Source: Neophaeotheca triangularis (Eukaryota). Taken from it: a stretch of DNA of 64,000 nt. Position numbers and translations under genes: made by a program. Shown here piece after piece: positions 60,159 to 64,000 of the stretch. The notes under the pieces were generated by a model. The model did no database searches and had not been told where the DNA came from. It saw only the letters and a list, made by a program, of their open reading frames with translations. The first letter of the stretch is position 1, and each line of letters starts with the position of its first letter. The stretch spans positions 1 through 64,000 of the forward strand of contig BAAIJX010000039.1 of assembly GCA_054600435.1 (NCBI GenBank), read 5' to 3'.

Positions 60159-60588
60159 CCTCATGTTCCGGTCAGTCATGTGGAATTTAACCTTAGGCAC
60201 ACACCTCAGTACTTTTGCAGGACTGAGGCAGGCGCGAAGACAGTCGCGCTCCTTCCTCGGGCGTGCGTGAAAATGCAGGCAGGAGCTGGAGGCCTCCATC
60301 GAAAACAACCTGGGACTTGGAACCTGGAACCTTCCAACACTTTCAGCCCGCCAACGTCTTCCCTGCCACCCACCCTCACCTCCCCTCACTTCACCCCTCA
60401 AGGCACAACAAAGCAGCGCTTCGCAGCATGGGCTACTAGGATATGATAACTACACACATCATATCAAGCGCAACTCCATCCACAGCAACCATCTCCGTAC
60501 CGACCTCACACCATTCACCACATCTCAGCCATCCTCGGACCGTTTCCACCTCACCTGCTTCATCACCACCGCGCAAAAAACATCCACC

Positions 60589-62928
60589 ATGTGTTTCGTC
60601 GGCACCGCGCACTTCGCGTGCCACCATGTGCGCATGATCGAACAAGAATGCGAAGAGGCCTTGGAGGTGCCTTTCTTCATCAAGATGAATTGCCCCAACT
60701 ACCGCTCCGAAAGTACACCACCTCAGCCAAACCGCAAGTGTGGCATTGGCGGTTTCTACTGCAAGCAGGTCCCCGACGGGGAGTATCTCGACCAGCTCTG
60801 CTCAGAGTATCTATCGCTCAAGACGGACATGGAGCAACTTGGAGCCCGCATCAAGAGTATTGTTACGTACAGGGAGAAGCTCAAGTCGCAAGGCATCCAA
60901 GCTCTCCAAGCAAACAGCTCTTCTCCTGCTCCGACCGCGCAACAGGCAGAACAGCAACTCCGCCTGGCAATCTGGAACCGTGCGCAGCACGCCCACAAAA
61001 TGGGAAACCTGGCGACCATTCTCAATGAGGCCAAGAGTTACTACGCCAAATATGATCAACAGCAGCTGAGCGGTACAGCAGGCCCAGCTTTGGTGCTTGG
61101 TCCGGAGGCTCAACCTCGTGTTCCTGTGGAAACATCGACGTTCTCTGCGACGCTGGCTTTCCCACAGCAATTCTCGAGTGATGTTTCCGAGAAGACTTCT
61201 GCCCAGCCAGTCACTGCCAGCGACTACGGCCCCACGATTATTCGCCGTGATGCGGACGAACCTCATGCGCCGGTTCTTGCGCAACACGCTGCATCTATGC
61301 TTACCAAACCGGTTCAACCATATGCCGAGCAAACCGAGCTCCGCAAGCAACGCGCTACAGACTACGCACTGAGCGCGCCTCTTTCTCTTTCAGCTTCTGC
61401 CGACGAACAGCGAGAGTCCAGCCCAGTACATGCAACAGATCTCCCCGACGACACTCCCTCGAAGGCCTCACCGCGCAAACGCAAGGCACAAAATCAGGTA
61501 CCAGAAGGGTCCAACGTGCGCCGCAGTTCGCGTGTTGCAAACAAGAAGGTCAACTATGCCGATGATGACGATGGTGATTCAGAAGGTTCACCTTGCTCTT
61601 CCCCGAACATTAACAGTGCCTTGACCAAGCTAATTCAAAAAGGAGCTGCAGCAGGTAGCAAGTCATTGACCAACAAGCCCCGCAACCCGTCGCCACTACG
61701 CAACAGTATTATGCGTGTCACCGACCCTTCTCCCCGTCTTAGGCACAGTAGCACGAACAACCTTCACACCATGATGGGCAACTGGAGGAAGATGAACGAT
61801 CCATCTAGAGTCAATGCCCAGGTTCCAGGCGGTTTTGCGAACATCAACGCGTCCGACAATGTCTCTGCTGTAGACCTGAGCGGCATGAGGAAGGACAGCG
61901 TAGTTTCCGACACGTTATCCGGCAGTCAGACAATGAAGCAAAAGCTTCAACAAGCCAAGCCGAACGCAAAGGCCCCTGGAGGCACGGCGTACAGCGACTT
62001 GACAGTCCCAGGTAGCTCGCAGCACTACCCAAGCAAGGTCCTTCTTCCGGGTAGGACATTCGAGCAAGAATTAGGCAGCGTCTTCGCCGAGCAGCCTACC
62101 ATCACTGGCCCAAGTACCATATATTGGGGGCCCGGCTTCGATCTGGGCAACAGCATGCGCACGAGCGCTCAAGTAGACGGTGAAAGCAACGGGGGCGGTC
62201 GCGCCAGTATCAATTTCGCACCACCAGGTGAGTACTCGAACCCAGCAGCCCAAAAGCGCCGAGACGCAGCGCGAAAGAGTACGAAAGCTAGCGATCGTAC
62301 CCTTTTCGGCTCGCTCGTCGCTCTGCCAAGGGCAAGTGAGCCTCCTCCGGCTCTCGACCAGCAGAAGCCTTCTTCCCAACGCGCGGAGGCTGACAAGCTC
62401 TTCGAAGCCAGCAGCACCCCCGAGATCTCCGAGTGGGCCAGCCCTGGTACGGTGGCAGCGAGCAACGACTACGACCAGCTCCGCCGCAGCTTCGGCTCCG
62501 GCGCCAACCTCGCTCCACCATCGTCCGACGTCCTTACCCTGTCTATTGGTTTTGCCGGTGAAGACAGCACTGAGCCCCGTAAGAGTAAGTTCATTACCTC
62601 TTACCCTGAGCCGCGAGACGAGCTTTTTCCCTCTTCACGGCTGGCAAAAGACAATGCACCGTTTGAGCCTCGTTTCAGCGCTGACCAAGATACAGACAGC
62701 ACGTTTCCCACCCCTGCCCCCTTCGACATTCCCCCTTCCACCATGGCCCAGGGAGTGGGCCGCTCCTCGCCGTTTACCATGAACCAACAAGAGAGCATGC
62801 CGGATACCATGGGAATGCCTACCGAGGGCAGCAGTAGTTTCGGCGGAGCGTTCGAGGGCGAAAATTTCGGCCATGAGGGATCCGGGATCGACTGGGGATT
62901 CCCGGACAGCTGGTCGTGGGAGGACTAG
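60589..62928 (+). CDS. Hypothetical, probably nuclear protein with N-terminal Cys/His cluster and long disordered region
   Basis: A 779-aa ATG-initiated ORF with MC..F.CHH..C..C..C..C at the start and an NLS-like SPRKRK. Confidence 0.7.
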   Translation: MCFVGTAHFACHHVRMIEQECEEALEVPFFIKMNCPNYRSESTPPQPNRKCGIGGFYCKQVPDGEYLDQLCSEYLSLKTDMEQLGARIKSIVTYREKLKSQGIQALQANSSSPAPTAQQAEQQLRLAIWNRAQHAHKMGNLATILNEAKSYYAKYDQQQLSGTAGPALVLGPEAQPRVPVETSTFSATLAFPQQFSSDVSEKTSAQPVTASDYGPTIIRRDADEPHAPVLAQHAASMLTKPVQPYAEQTELRKQRATDYALSAPLSLSASADEQRESSPVHATDLPDDTPSKASPRKRKAQNQVPEGSNVRRSSRVANKKVNYADDDDGDSEGSPCSSPNINSALTKLIQKGAAAGSKSLTNKPRNPSPLRNSIMRVTDPSPRLRHSSTNNLHTMMGNWRKMNDPSRVNAQVPGGFANINASDNVSAVDLSGMRKDSVVSDTLSGSQTMKQKLQQAKPNAKAPGGTAYSDLTVPGSSQHYPSKVLLPGRTFEQELGSVFAEQPTITGPSTIYWGPGFDLGNSMRTSAQVDGESNGGGRASINFAPPGEYSNPAAQKRRDAARKSTKASDRTLFGSLVALPRASEPPPALDQQKPSSQRAEADKLFEASSTPEISEWASPGTVAASNDYDQLRRSFGSGANLAPPSSDVLTLSIGFAGEDSTEPRKSKFITSYPEPRDELFPSSRLAKDNAPFEPRFSADQDTDSTFPTPAPFDIPPSTMAQGVGRSSPFTMNQQESMPDTMGMPTEGSSSFGGAFEGENFGHEGSGIDWGFPDSWSWED

Positions 62929-63342
62929 AGGTCCTGGAGAGAGCAGGTTGTTAGGGGTGTCTCTATTTCAGCAAGATGCCAAGGAGCATCGATGGCAAGA
63001 ATTTCTTGAGGAGTGTGAAGATTCCATTGCATCCATCAAAAAGGGGGATTGAAGGGCAATTTCTCGGCGACCGTAGATACAGGGTCCAATGAAAGCACAC
63101 GAGGACTTGCGCTCAACATACATACTCAAGCATCTATACCAGAAGACTTGCATAATGTCGATCTCTCGCATTCGCGGCTATGGATAATTACACACCAGTG
63201 CCCAAACTAACCAGACCATACTAACCAGACCATGCAAAGCGCCAACGCCAACGCCTATTCCCAAACCCCAACCCCAAGCAAAAGACATAAACCAAACTCC
63301 CCACCTCCCTCACAAACCCCAGACCCCAGACCCCTACCCAGC

Positions 63343-63990
63343 TCAAGCCATCTTCCGCCTCCTCATCATAAACTCCTCATCCCTCCTCAACTCCTCCCGA
63401 CCCCTCAACACAGCACGATCCAAACTCGCCTGAATCCTCCCGGCAATCTCCTCGACAGGCGTCTCCATGCCCACCAACCCAATAAACTTGCCCACCTTGC
63501 GCCTCTTAATCCGCACCCTCTCCTTCTCACTCAGCCCCTCATAAGACTTCTCCCGACCCCCACCAGCGCCACCCGCAACCCCATCCCCCTCCCCGGCCCT
63601 CCCCCAAGCCAAAACCCCCGGCTTCTCAGCCACCAACGCCATCAGCTCATCCACAAACCCAACCTCCTGCGCACTAAGCCTCCGCACGTGGCCGCGCTCC
63701 TTGCGGTCCCCGGCAGCAGCACCGCCCAAAGCTGCGGGCTTGGCGAGGAATTCCTTGTCCCAGTTCATGCTGGCCGGGTAGTGGTGCGTCCAGGGCCCGG
63801 GCGTGGATTGGTGGTAGTAGTGGGCGATGCTGTCGAGTTCGTCTTCGGTCAGGAGGTGGAAGGCCATGAGGGTTTTGGGGAAGTTTGGGTGCGGGGGCCC
63901 CGAGGGGAGCGGGACGAGAGGCGCGAGGCGGAGTTGGAGGGTGCTGATTTTGCGGGCTAGGGCGCTGTTGCGGCGGGTTGTTGGGGCCAT
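63343..63990 (-). CDS. Conserved fungal hypothetical protein
   Basis: A 215-aa ORF with PHPNFPKTLMAFHLLTEDELDSIAHYYHQ and KRRKVGKFIGLVG.ETP, which look like a conserved ascomycete family. Confidence 0.7.
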   Translation of the reverse strand: MAPTTRRNSALARKISTLQLRLAPLVPLPSGPPHPNFPKTLMAFHLLTEDELDSIAHYYHQSTPGPWTHHYPASMNWDKEFLAKPAALGGAAAGDRKERGHVRRLSAQEVGFVDELMALVAEKPGVLAWGRAGEGDGVAGGAGGGREKSYEGLSEKERVRIKRRKVGKFIGLVGMETPVEEIAGRIQASLDRAVLRGREELRRDEEFMMRRRKMA

Positions 63991-64000
63991 TTTGTGTTTT

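Overview
Gene-dense, intron-containing chromosomal DNA from a filamentous ascomycete. The beta-tubulin sequence resembles Dothideomycete (Capnodiales s.l./Mycosphaerellales) alleles as I recall them; this was not checked against a database. About 28 protein-coding genes, mostly housekeeping: IML2, PRP40, MPH1, an LSM8-like gene, a GPATCH1-like gene, beta-tubulin, CAF40/RCD1, CDC9, MIX23, MED19, RAD10/ERCC1 and PEF1. There are also three Zn2Cys6 factors, two MFS transporters, a CorA-like protein, a GH27 alpha-galactosidase, a GFA protein and several hypotheticals. I found no rRNA, tRNA, transposon, CRISPR or secondary-metabolite backbone gene, and no novel multi-gene system. The most interesting signals are non-coding or at the RNA level: (1) a 97-nt stop-containing cassette exon in MED19 that coincides with one long hairpin; (2) sharp C/A-rich to G/T-rich skew inversions every few kb; (3) CDC9 with tandem in-frame donors that each rebuild a PIP box, plus a candidate mitochondrial extension; (4) a PEF1 micro-exon with alternative termini, a stop-codon-splitting intron in CAF40 and a GC-AG intron; (5) TACCT/AGGTA clusters in divergent promoters. 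All exon boundaries were inferred by eye.
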